Shown here: positions 37,726-47,700 of the stretch, piece by piece | Numbering within the stretch: the stretch's first letter is position 1 | Layout of the letters: every line of letters begins with the position of its first letter | IMG/VR virus record: IMGVR_UViG_3300010885_011634 | Location: 27,264-91,263 of that record | Length of the DNA: 64,000 bases | Reading direction: 5' to 3' (one strand) | Source of the DNA: a virus | The notes under the pieces: generated by a model | Told to the model about the DNA's origin: nothing | What the model saw: only the letters and a program-made list of their open reading frames with translations | The model's database searches: none | Translations under genes and position numbers: made by a program

Positions 37726-37748
37726 ACATCTACTTATCACCTCTTTTT
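37708..37748 (-). promoter_or_regulatory. 14-bp perfect inverted repeat (terminator or translation-occluding hairpin) with a nested TAAGTA late promoter
   Basis: AAAAAGAGGTGATA (37708-37721) / TATCACCTCTTTTT (37735-37748); TAAGTA at 37736-37731 and the ATG at 37725 lie within it. Confidence 0.7.
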
Positions 37749-37761
37749 TATATGACTACAA

Positions 37762-38238
37762 TTATTGGTTGCTTGGCAGTTCTACTGTTTCTTTAAGACC
37801 AACTACATATAACAATCCTGGAACTTCTGCGTTGTTAACATCAGTCCATGCTGGCGACTCCAATGAACACCATTTAATTGGTGGTCTAGCGGCGTACATT
37901 TCTCTTGCTTCGTCGCTATTTGGTCCAGGAACTGTGGCTTTAACGGTAGTAATATGATCAACCCAATTTGAAGTGTTGTTTATCATATCTTTATACAACA
38001 TATCCAATTGATCGTTAATTTCTCCGTACGCTTGTTTTCTTAACATTCCATATGATGGAGGTGCAGCAACATCTTGCAACCAATTACCGTCTACCAAAAT
38101 CCATGACGGGTTTACGTTGTCACTATCGCAATTTACCCATCTAATTGCAGCGCCAGGGCCTTCATAAATTTCATGTTCTTCCCCAGGATTTGCAATAGCT
38201 TGTACACTGCCCTTAAAATCTACTAATACTCTTTTCAT
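37762..38238 (-). CDS. Probable tail-fibre assembly/chaperone-like protein
   Basis: True start MKRVLVDF (38238); LRKQAYGEINDQLDMLYKD...W.DHI..VK motif typical of small genes that follow fibre genes. Confidence 0.55.
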   Translation of the reverse strand: MKRVLVDFKGSVQAIANPGEEHEIYEGPGAAIRWVNCDSDNVNPSWILVDGNWLQDVAAPPSYGMLRKQAYGEINDQLDMLYKDMINNTSNWVDHITTVKATVPGPNSDEAREMYAARPPIKWCSLESPAWTDVNNAEVPGLLYVVGLKETVELPSNQ

Positions 38239-38239
38239 T

Positions 38240-39160
38240 TTATTTGTACTCCCATACAATAACCATACCGTTTCTTCCGTTTGCGCCGCGACCGTGATCT
38301 CGTGCGCCACCTGTGCCTCCTGATCCTGGTGCTGCTTGTGTTTCTTGATCGTAGGTGTGCGGGGAGTTGTTGTGAACTCCAATAGCACTACCACCAAAAT
38401 AGCTTGAGCCACCTTCACCACCACCGTGGTTAATATGTCCTGACCCACCACCACCATATAAATTCATTGTGCCGCCACTACCAACACCCGGACGACCACC
38501 AGAGTGTCCGGCAATTGCACGGGCGCCTTCGCCTGCGCTTGCTGATAGGTATGGTCCAAAACTTGTAGCACCGCTGCCAGTGCCGGCAACGTTGTGATAG
38601 TTAACACCACCACCACCTGTTCCTACAGTAACTGATACTGAAGAAATGCTTGTAACGTCTAACATGCGTTCTGAAAATCCGCCCCCACCACCGGCTTCAC
38701 CGTGTCCTGATCCCCCGCCACCGGGTCCTACTAATTGAATTCTAATTCTTGTAATGCCAGTAGGTCTAGACCAAGTAGTACTTGAATTAAAAATTTGTAT
38801 AGAAACTAAATCTGAAAATGCATATTCGTATGCATCAGCAGCATTAGTTACTCTAAGAGTTCTGTTAGCAGCGCCTACCGTTGTTAATGCTGTACCACCT
38901 TTACTAATTGGCAATGTACCTGTTACTGTGGTTGTACTTAAATCTACAGCGTTTGCTGCTAATTTTGCTGCGGTTACTGATGTATTTGCAAGTTTTGCAC
39001 CGGTAACATTGGCGTCAGCGATTTTAATTGTTGCAATTTGCCCATCTTGTATTTTAGATGTAATAACAGAATCTGTTGCAAATTTAGCAGATGTAATTGT
39101 AGCATCAACAATACCTGCTGCTGTAATCTTTTTTAGTGAGTTATAATTAAAGGTAGCCAT
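38240..39160 (-). CDS. Gly/His-rich fibre-like protein, paralogue 3
   Basis: MATFNYNSLKKIT; 10-aa (A)DxxVTxAKL repeats; TGTLP..KGGT; Gly-rich domain from F....TW.RP.G...I.V..VG.GGGG to G..G.V.VWEY. Confidence 0.75.
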   Translation of the reverse strand: MATFNYNSLKKITAAGIVDATITSAKFATDSVITSKIQDGQIATIKIADANVTGAKLANTSVTAAKLAANAVDLSTTTVTGTLPISKGGTALTTVGAANRTLRVTNAADAYEYAFSDLVSIQIFNSSTTWSRPTGITRIRIQLVGPGGGGSGHGEAGGGGGFSERMLDVTSISSVSVTVGTGGGGVNYHNVAGTGSGATSFGPYLSASAGEGARAIAGHSGGRPGVGSGGTMNLYGGGGSGHINHGGGEGGSSYFGGSAIGVHNNSPHTYDQETQAAPGSGGTGGARDHGRGANGRNGMVIVWEYK

Positions 39161-39173
39161 TTATTTTGTAATC

Positions 39174-40097
39174 CTATCGATATTCATATACAACTACCAT
39201 GCCAGTTGAACCACTTGCACCTCTATGGCGACCTTGTGATCCGCCTGTGCCACCTGCTCCCGGAGATGCCCACCCTTCGTAACCTCCAGGTCCACCGAAT
39301 TCTTCTGCGTGTGCGCCAACGCCCGAACCACCAAAATATGAAAATCCGCCAAGGCCTCCACCGTGTAAGCAATGTCCTGCTCCGCCGCCACCATATAAAT
39401 TAACATCACCACCTGACCCAATGCCTGGACGCCCACCTGTATGTCCACCAACGTTGCGAGCTCCTTCACCGCCACTTGCTGATAGGTATGGGCCAAAACT
39501 ACATGCTGATCCACCACCGGCAACATTATGGTAGTTAACTCCGCCACCATTACCGCCAATAGTTACTGAAACTGATGCAATACTTGTAACATCAAGATAT
39601 CTTTCCGCAAATCCACCGCTGCCGCCAGCTTCGCCGTGACCTGTGCCGCCGGCACCGCTACCTACTACTTGTACTCGAACTCTAGTAATTCCTGCTGGGC
39701 GTGTCCAAGTACCACCTGATGTAAACACCTGCATTGACACTAGCCCTGCATCTTGAAATACTGTAGCATTTCCTGAAGTATTTGCCATTACTGATCGATT
39801 AGCATTACCTGATACCGCAGTTTGTCCTAGACCACCACGTGTATATGGCAGTGTTCCTGTAGCTACTGTAGTTGAGATGTCTACAGATCCTGTCCCCATC
39901 TTTGCAGCAGTTACAGCAGTGTCGGCAATGTTACTTGTTGCAATAGTGGTAGCAGCAAGTTTGGCTGTAGTTACTGAGTTTGAGGCAAAGTCAGCTGTTA
40001 CTAAACTATTATCAGCAATATCTGCGGCCACAATAGTGGCGTCAAGTAATCCCTCACCTGTAATCTTTTTTAGCGAATTGTAATTAAATGTTGCCAT
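39174..40097 (-). CDS. Gly/His-rich fibre-like protein, paralogue 2
   Basis: Same architecture and near-identical length (307 aa). Confidence 0.75.
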   Translation of the reverse strand: MATFNYNSLKKITGEGLLDATIVAADIADNSLVTADFASNSVTTAKLAATTIATSNIADTAVTAAKMGTGSVDISTTVATGTLPYTRGGLGQTAVSGNANRSVMANTSGNATVFQDAGLVSMQVFTSGGTWTRPAGITRVRVQVVGSGAGGTGHGEAGGSGGFAERYLDVTSIASVSVTIGGNGGGVNYHNVAGGGSACSFGPYLSASGGEGARNVGGHTGGRPGIGSGGDVNLYGGGGAGHCLHGGGLGGFSYFGGSGVGAHAEEFGGPGGYEGWASPGAGGTGGSQGRHRGASGSTGMVVVYEYR

Positions 40098-40430
40098 GTA
40101 TTATCCTATCTAAAGTTCCAAACAATTACGATTCCAGTCTTTCCGTTTGCACCAGTGTGTCTAGCTTGAGCACCGCCCGTGCCGCCAGCGCCAGGGGCAG
40201 CCCAATCTTGATATGTTGCTGTATTTGGTGATTCATGATGTACTCCAATTGACGGTCCACCAAAGAAACTACGACCACCCTGACCGCCGCCATAGTGAGT
40301 ATGTCCACTACCGCCCGATCCGTATAAATTTATTTCGCCGCCTGACCCAATGCCTGGACGCCCACCTGTATGTCCACCTACATTTCGTGCGCCTTCACCA
40401 CCACTTGCTGATAGGTATGGGCCAAAACTA
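39412..40430. repeat. Identical DNA patches shared by Gly-rich paralogues 1 and 2
   Basis: 38-nt identity 39412-39449 = 40341-40378; 30-nt identity 39472-39501 = 40401-40430. Confidence 0.9.
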
Positions 40431-41020
40431 ACAGCAGCACCAGCTCCACCTACATTATGATAGTTAACTCCCCCACCTGCGCCACCAATAGTTACTGAAA
40501 CTGATGAAATACCTGTTACATCAAGATATCTTTCTGCATACCCGCCACTTCCGCCAGCTTCGCCGTGACCTGTGCCACCGCCGCCACTTCCGACTAATTG
40601 AATTTTAACACGAGTACAGTTTGCTGGACGTGTCCAGGTACCGCCTGATGTGAATACACTACACGATATTAATCCGCTGCCACCATATTCAAGAGCAGTA
40701 CCAGCATTATTAACCATAATAGCGCCGTTAGCTGACATAGTGCTAAGATTGGTTCCGCCACGTGCAACTGGAAGGGTACCTGTGGCCTTTGCCCCAGATA
40801 TATCTACTGCACTTGCAGCCATCGCTGCTGATGTTACTGTTGTTGCTGCTATTTTTGTATCAGTAACTTGTAAAGCACCAATTTTAGCTCCAGTTATATT
40901 TAGAGCTAGAATTTTTGTATCTGTAATAGCACCTGCTGCAATATCAGCATCAGCAATAGTTCCGTCAACAAGGCCTGCGCCGGATATTTTCTTAAAGCTA
41001 TTATAATTAAATGTTGCCAT
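40106..41020 (-). CDS. Gly/His-rich fibre-like protein, paralogue 1
   Basis: Same architecture (304 aa). Confidence 0.75.
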   Translation of the reverse strand: MATFNYNSFKKISGAGLVDGTIADADIAAGAITDTKILALNITGAKIGALQVTDTKIAATTVTSAAMAASAVDISGAKATGTLPVARGGTNLSTMSANGAIMVNNAGTALEYGGSGLISCSVFTSGGTWTRPANCTRVKIQLVGSGGGGTGHGEAGGSGGYAERYLDVTGISSVSVTIGGAGGGVNYHNVGGAGAAVSFGPYLSASGGEGARNVGGHTGGRPGIGSGGEINLYGSGGSGHTHYGGGQGGRSFFGGPSIGVHHESPNTATYQDWAAPGAGGTGGAQARHTGANGKTGIVIVWNFR

Positions 41021-41367
41021 TAGACGCCTTCTAGTAACCAGCCATTAGTTGAATCGTAATATACAAGACTAAATGCAGCGCCAGCTACACTAACTACCAT
41101 AGTATCAGCGGCTGGTTGTCTCATTATTTTTGCTAGTGTTCCGGGATTTACCGTCAAGTTATTAGTAGCAAACTGTCCTTTAGCATCAATAATTTCAACA
41201 ATGTCGCCTATTGACGGATTAGCTGGCAATGTTAATGTTAACGCAGCACTAGTGGTATCAACTAGATACATTTTATTTGAACTTAGCGTAATAGAGCTGT
41301 TTACCTCTTGTGTAGGTAAACCTAATACTACGATAGGTTGTGATCCTTTTGCTATCTGTCTTCCCAT
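41020..41367 (-). CDS. Small virion protein with a baseplate/fibre-attachment-type motif
   Basis: YLVDT....TLTLPANPSIGD.V.IIDA.G.FATNNLTV...I motif, as in T4 gp9/gp10/gp34-type modules. Confidence 0.6.
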   Translation of the reverse strand: MGRQIAKGSQPIVVLGLPTQEVNSSITLSSNKMYLVDTTSAALTLTLPANPSIGDIVEIIDAKGQFATNNLTVNPGTLAKIMRQPAADTMVVSVAGAAFSLVYYDSTNGWLLEGV

Positions 41368-41379
41368 GATTTATCCTTG

Positions 41380-41700
41380 TTATGCGGTAGCGGTTTCAAT
41401 ACCGTAAGCTACAGCAGTTACGTTAATTGCACTTGATCGCACAACTACCTGTTGACCGTAAGTTACTACAATACCGGTCCTTTCAATAACACCTTTACCC
41501 ACAAGCTCAACATCGTACTCAATATATTCTGAATTTCCAATGGTTGCTCCTGTACAAACTCCAATTCTTACAGTTGCTGGGGTTGCAGCTCTATTGACCA
41601 TGTTAATCGTTAATACGGTAAACGTGTTTAATGGGCAAACATACAGAGGGGTATCTGCTGCTGCGCCTAAATCTAAATTTCCTAATCTTCCTGTTGCCAT
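41380..41700 (-). CDS. Small beta-rich hypothetical virion protein
   Basis: 106 aa, GGAGA SD; similar size and pattern to 55436..55768. Confidence 0.6.
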   Translation of the reverse strand: MATGRLGNLDLGAAADTPLYVCPLNTFTVLTINMVNRAATPATVRIGVCTGATIGNSEYIEYDVELVGKGVIERTGIVVTYGQQVVVRSSAINVTAVAYGIETATA

Positions 41701-41721
41701 AATGTTATTTCTCCGTTGTAT

Positions 41722-44700
41722 TTAGTTCAAAAAGTAGTTCCAGGCTACAGGTAAACCAATTACGCCGCCTTGGAAGTTAAAGTTAGCTCTCATAGCTATT
41801 GTACCGTTTGTTGTTGTAGTGATTTCTTGACCTGCAATGTAGATGTAACCTGCTGTAACGCTATTTACGTTTAATGATGCACCACCGCCACCAATTTGTG
41901 AACTGATGTAGGCCTTAATAGCTCGCTGTGTTGGAACAATACTATCACTATTTGCTGTAAAGAATGGATCTGTTGAGAACTCAGTAATACTTGCTGATCC
42001 ACCACCTAACGATACTTCACCTAGTGTAAGTTCTTGCAAACCTGCAATGTTAAACGCATCAGCATTTAATGTTGCAACACCAGTTGATTGTTCAATAGTA
42101 AACAATTCACCAACTCTAAAGTTACCGTCTTGGTCAGTTGATGTATAGAAACAACGTCCACCGTTTGAATCTATAGTTTCATTGGCTTGATTTGGCTCGT
42201 TATCTGGTTCACCGCCTGGATAGTTAGTTTCAGCAAAACTACCTGTACCAATATCTAAGAAGTCGTGTCCAGTTAAACGTACTTGACTATAACGAAGTCT
42301 TGTTGTGACTGTTTGTTCATGTTCCGCAGTACTGAATATTTTCATATTTGGAGCAATCTGGAAGAATGCTGAATATGAACCTGGATATGATCCTAACTGT
42401 GTAAGAACGTTGACTAACTTAAATGTTTGATTTGGTAAATGTCCAAATACAACGTTTGATCCTGCTGTTGGGAATGTTGTTAAACGTTTAACAGCAACAT
42501 ACTGACCGTCTTGATAGAAATCACCATAGCCATCACCTGTTAAAATATCGGCTGCTGCTGCGGTGTATCCAGTTCCACGATTACTAAACGATGGATTAGC
42601 CAGTGCACCGTTACCAATTCTTACTGTAAATGGTGCGTCATAGATATTACTTGGATCTGTAATAGTCATCGTTGGTGCAACTGTATATCCAGAACCTGGT
42701 TCTGTTATGCGTATCGCATATATTTTCTCTAGAGATACATATGAACGTGCTCTAGCTGTAGCACCAAGGTTAATTGTACTAGCTACGGTCGACGCAGTAC
42801 TTCTTTGAATTGCTACCCATGTACCAACTTGATTTGGATTTCCAAATGCTGTTGCACTAAATCCATTAGCTGCCGTTGATGTTGTACGGCTAGTCCAAAT
42901 AATACCATCTTCAGAACTTGCTGCTTGTGTGCTTTGTGAAACTGCTAAGAACACACCTTGGCCATAGTGTACATCAGTATATTGTGCTGATGGAACTGTA
43001 GTGGCTGTCCATGCAATACCATCAAGACTGTATGCGGCTGCTGTTCCACTTGTATTTGAAACTGCAACGAATCGATTATTACCAAATGTAACAGCAGTCC
43101 AGTTAGAACTTGTTAGTCCAGATCCAGCTGACCAGTTTAGGCCTCCGTCTAAACTGTATGCACAATTAGTACCACCGCTAGCAACTGCTATCCAAACACC
43201 TTTACCGTAAGCAACACCAGTCCAGGTAGTTGAAGTTGGTAATGCACCGCCTGCCGTCCATGATATACCACCATTAGTACTGTATGCTGTTGCTGTCGCT
43301 GATGAGCTAACAGCTACCCAACGACCATCACCATACCATACTGCTGAAGCTCTGCCTGACATGCCTGCTGGTAATGCACCACCTGCTGTCCATGTAATGC
43401 CGCCGTCTTTAGAATATGCGTTTACTGTTGTACTTGTTGAAACGGCTACAATATGACTAGCATTTGGTGTTGCTTTACCAGAACCTGTACCAACTCCTGT
43501 AGCAACAAATACTTCGCCTACTGCGTTAGAACTTGCACCAATAGCAGTCCATCCTGTGTCACCTATTGTAGTAATAGTATAAGATCTACCAACAACAAAT
43601 GATCCTGCGCTTTCTTCAGCTGTTAATTTACCTGTAGCAATTGCTGACCAGTTGCTGGCGCTTGGTAATGCCAATAATCTTTGAGTCCACGTAACCCCGT
43701 CGGTTGACGTATTAATAGTTTGTGTGCCTGAAGATATAGCAACATAATTGCCGCCGGCTGCTGTTCCTGCAAATTCAAATGCTTGAATTGCACCAGTTGC
43801 GCTGTTAACTGCGGTAATTGTAATGACTAAATCATTAGCTGTGGATAATCCATCTAAACTAGTTCCAGCAATTGTAATAGTGTTTAGTCTTGCATATCCA
43901 GTACCTGTTGCGATGCTAGTTACTGTTTGATATTTTGTACCTTTTCTTGTTACTCTAAATGTAGCACCAGTACCGCTACCGCTAGTTGTTCCTGTAGCAC
44001 CAACGTATGTTTTAACCAATCTAGCATAACGAACATCTGTATATGTTAAACTTGTTGCTAAAGTTGCTGCTGTTGATGAATAACTTGGAGCCGTAAAGCT
44101 GATACGTGGCTCAACTACGTAAGTTGTTGAAGCATCTGGCGCTGTGATTACAGTACCTGGAATAATATGATCCCATCCAGCTGCTCCTGTAGATTCTTTA
44201 TTAACAGTTGCTACTTTTGTACCTGCATTATATGTTGCAATAATACCGTATTGGCCAACTCCGGTACCACCTGTTAGGACAATCTTCATGCCAACATAAG
44301 CAAAACTTAATTCGCCGTCTGTAGCTGCAATAGTAATTTGTGTTGTAGTACCACTTTGTGCTGTATTAGCATTTGATACATATCCGTACCCACCAAAATT
44401 ACCATCAGCTTCTGGAGCACTTGTACTATCGTCTACGTTATCTAATAGTCGAACTTGGAATACTGCTCCGTCACGGAACTCATCTGCTTGAGCTGCTGCA
44501 TTAGTACCTGCACCGCTAATCAACCATGATGCTTCAGTATAATTAGATCCTGCATTGTCAAATTCAAAATTAAGAACTTGTTGCGCACCGTCAGTAATTA
44601 CTTGACCAACTGTTGCTCTAAAGTTGCGATTATCGACTAATCCAGTTCCTGGAACTTCTGTAACATCATATCCTTCTGCTACAGAACCAAAGTCACCGTA

Positions 44701-47700
44701 GGAGTTGTTACCGTTAGTACCACGAATACGTCCGCCTGCTTCTGATAAGTAACCAACGTGTGAGTAATATGTAAACACAGACACAAGTTCTGCACGTCCA
44801 TTGTTAGTTACCCATGCACCAATACCATCGCTGATTAATTGTGTAAAGTCATTTGATACAATAGAATCATTACCGCCTGCGTGTAACGCACCATCAATTT
44901 TTTGACCAATTGCAGCATTACCAAAACACGCATTATTTTGTACATATGGTGAACGATTAGTAATCCATGTACGGAAGTCATCTGGACCCCAACCCGGATC
45001 TAATGACACGTATGCACCCGCTGTAACACGACTTGTACCGTATGTGTTTTCTGGTGTTAAATCTCCGTTTAGTCCTTCTAACGTCTGATTTCTAATACCA
45101 GTACCATTACGTAGGTAGTACATATCTTCTTCATAACTACCTGTAACTGCATTAGCATAGTATCTTGCTACAAATCTTGATTTGTAGTTAGATGACCATT
45201 TCATGTCCCATTTAATTGCATCAATGTATGTTCCAACATCTCTTAAACAGAAGTCGCTGTTATAAACAAACGCCACTGTCATTGATCCGCTAGCCACTGT
45301 TGTTAAATTAAATGCTGTTGTAGCATCTCTTGTAGTAGCAATAGTAAATGTAGTTGCGCTAACTACGTTTTGAACATAGTAAGTTCTACCAGATACCACC
45401 CCACCAAATACAGAGCCAGTAAACTGAATAGCTGCATTTCGTTTCAACCAACTTGTGCTGCTGATTGTAAATATATCAGTAGTTGTATTTGATGCTGTTA
45501 CTGTACCTGTAAAGGTGCTAGCAATATATGCACGAGCTTCTTCAACAATAAAGTCTCTATTGCGTTCAAGTTGTAAGCAAGCCCAATCTCTACTACGTAA
45601 TTCTGTTTGACAAACATCACCTTCATCGGCTGCGCCAAACACAATATCGTCAACTAATGTCATTAATGTTTCAATACGAGCTTGTGCAGTAGCATCCCCG
45701 CCAACATTAGCCTTAGCTTGAGTCTTAGCATAACTCAACGCTGCTCTGGTAGCTGCTTTTAAGTTTGTTGTTGTATACAACTCTACTGAATTGGCTCTTA
45801 AATATGCCAATGCAGCTTTAACAGTTCTGTAATTGCTGTTAAACATAAAGTCATAACCAACTGCTTCAAGAACAATTGCAACATCTCGTGATGTTTTAGC
45901 TGTGCTGTAGCTCAATGTTGGGTATGCAGCATTAACTGTAGCAATTGCTCCTGTACCGATAGTAGGAATTTGTGCTGTTAGTGCTGTGTAAGCTGCGATT
46001 AAGGCTGTAGTTGTTGTTACCCCATTAGTTGCTGCTGGTTGCGATACGATGTCTGCTATTACACTAATAACTCCGTTGCTAAAACTTGTAATTGCTGTAC
46101 CGTTAAAACTTGCAGCTAACGTAAAGGTGTTAGTAGCAATTGTTTTAACATAATATTTTGTACCAGCTGTTAATCCGTTAGCAGTAGTTCTTGGAACAAC
46201 TGTATCACCAACTGCCAGCGTATGGCCTGTTGACGTTAATGTTGTTGTCCCAGCAATTAAAGTAATTGTAAGGTTTGGAGCAGAGGTTGTACTTCCGCCG
46301 TTAATTAGATTATATATAATATCAATATTAGATCCAATTAATGCAGAAGCTCCTGCTGAACCTGCGGTGTCAGTATATTGCGGTACTGTTGTTTGTAAAG
46401 GAGTAATTGCACTGCTAGTAGAAACTGATTGCATTCTTGTTTTTAAGAAACTAATTGATGCTAGTGTTAGTGCCTTAATACTTGCAGGAATTAAATTTGT
46501 GCTACCTTCAGCATCAAAATATGCAAGGCCTGCTTGTATACTCATCGAATTGCCGCCGTAAGTTAAACTGTATAATACAGCATCAACAATATATCCAACG
46601 TCTCTACGTGTTTTTGTTTTTCCATACTTGCTACTAGGATAGTTAGCTGCTAGGTATGCAATAACTTCTTCTTGCAAGAATTTTTTATTTTCTCTGACTA
46701 ATTTTCTAGCATCACTGTAACCTGTTAGATATCCAACATTGTATCCTGTAGGATCTGTTAATGTTGATACGTGCATTGTACCTAATCGAGAATCAACTTG
46801 ATATTTCATTACATTAACTAAACTGCTAGCCAATGTTGCTTCAGTTGAGCTAGCATACGGCCAGTTTTGATCCTGTGTGTACGCATTGCCAGTTGATTTA
46901 GAAACTGTTGCGCCTGTAACAATCTGTCCAATGACAGTGCTTAATCTGCCCAATGCCGTTACAGAATAATATGCATCAGAGATGTCTATTAAACTGCCTG
47001 CAGGTCCTGCATTTGTTGAACGAACTTCGTCGCCTAGCACTACTGTTTCTGCTGGAACAATAATTGGTAACGTTTCGCGATATCTACCGCTCTTAACGTT
47101 AATGGTATTGTTTGGAACTAAACGTGCTGGTAAGTTTGTTGCTGTTTGGTCAGTTAATGCAGTAGTTACAATACCGACTAAATCAGTAACAGTATCAATA
47201 ACTCCAGCTTCAGCAGTGTAGTCAGTATCAATATATTGAGCCACTGTTGATGTTGAATTGTCACCATTCAATACTTGATAATTTGTTGCTGGCGCTTGAT
47301 TATTAAGAACTGCTGTAATAACTTCAAGCATGTAATTATATGCCGCAACGTCTTTGGTACCTTCTGCACTTAACTTAGTGTAAGTACCGGTTCCATTTTC
47401 GTCAGCTGCTGTTGCATATAAGTCAGCACCAGCTAATGCATTAATGTAGCTTAACGATGCCGCTAACATTTTTAAGTTGCCTCCGTGACCAATATCCCAT
47501 ATTAGTCTGTCGACTAAAAATCCTGTATCACGTTCACATTTATATTCGTCATAATCAAATGCTGATGTAAATGGTGCAGTATTAGTTGAAACTTGACGGT
47601 CAATCCATTCTGTAACTTCACGTTGAATGAATACACGATTCATTTCTAGTAAACGTTGTGCATTAGGATTTCTGCAACCTTTTTCAATTTGTTCACAAGC

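Noticed and set aside
38239-38457. N-terminal 73-aa extension of ORF 37762..38457; similar extensions at 1921, 8303, 20113, 24830, 27051, 27955, 29723, 37740 and 56846
   Set aside because: They overlap upstream genes or promoters; downstream ATGs fit SD, promoter spacing or stop/start coupling better.
38240-41020. Possible diversity-generating retroelement (template/variable repeats)
   Set aside because: No reverse transcriptase in the window, all copies are intact genes, and differences are not adenine-specific.
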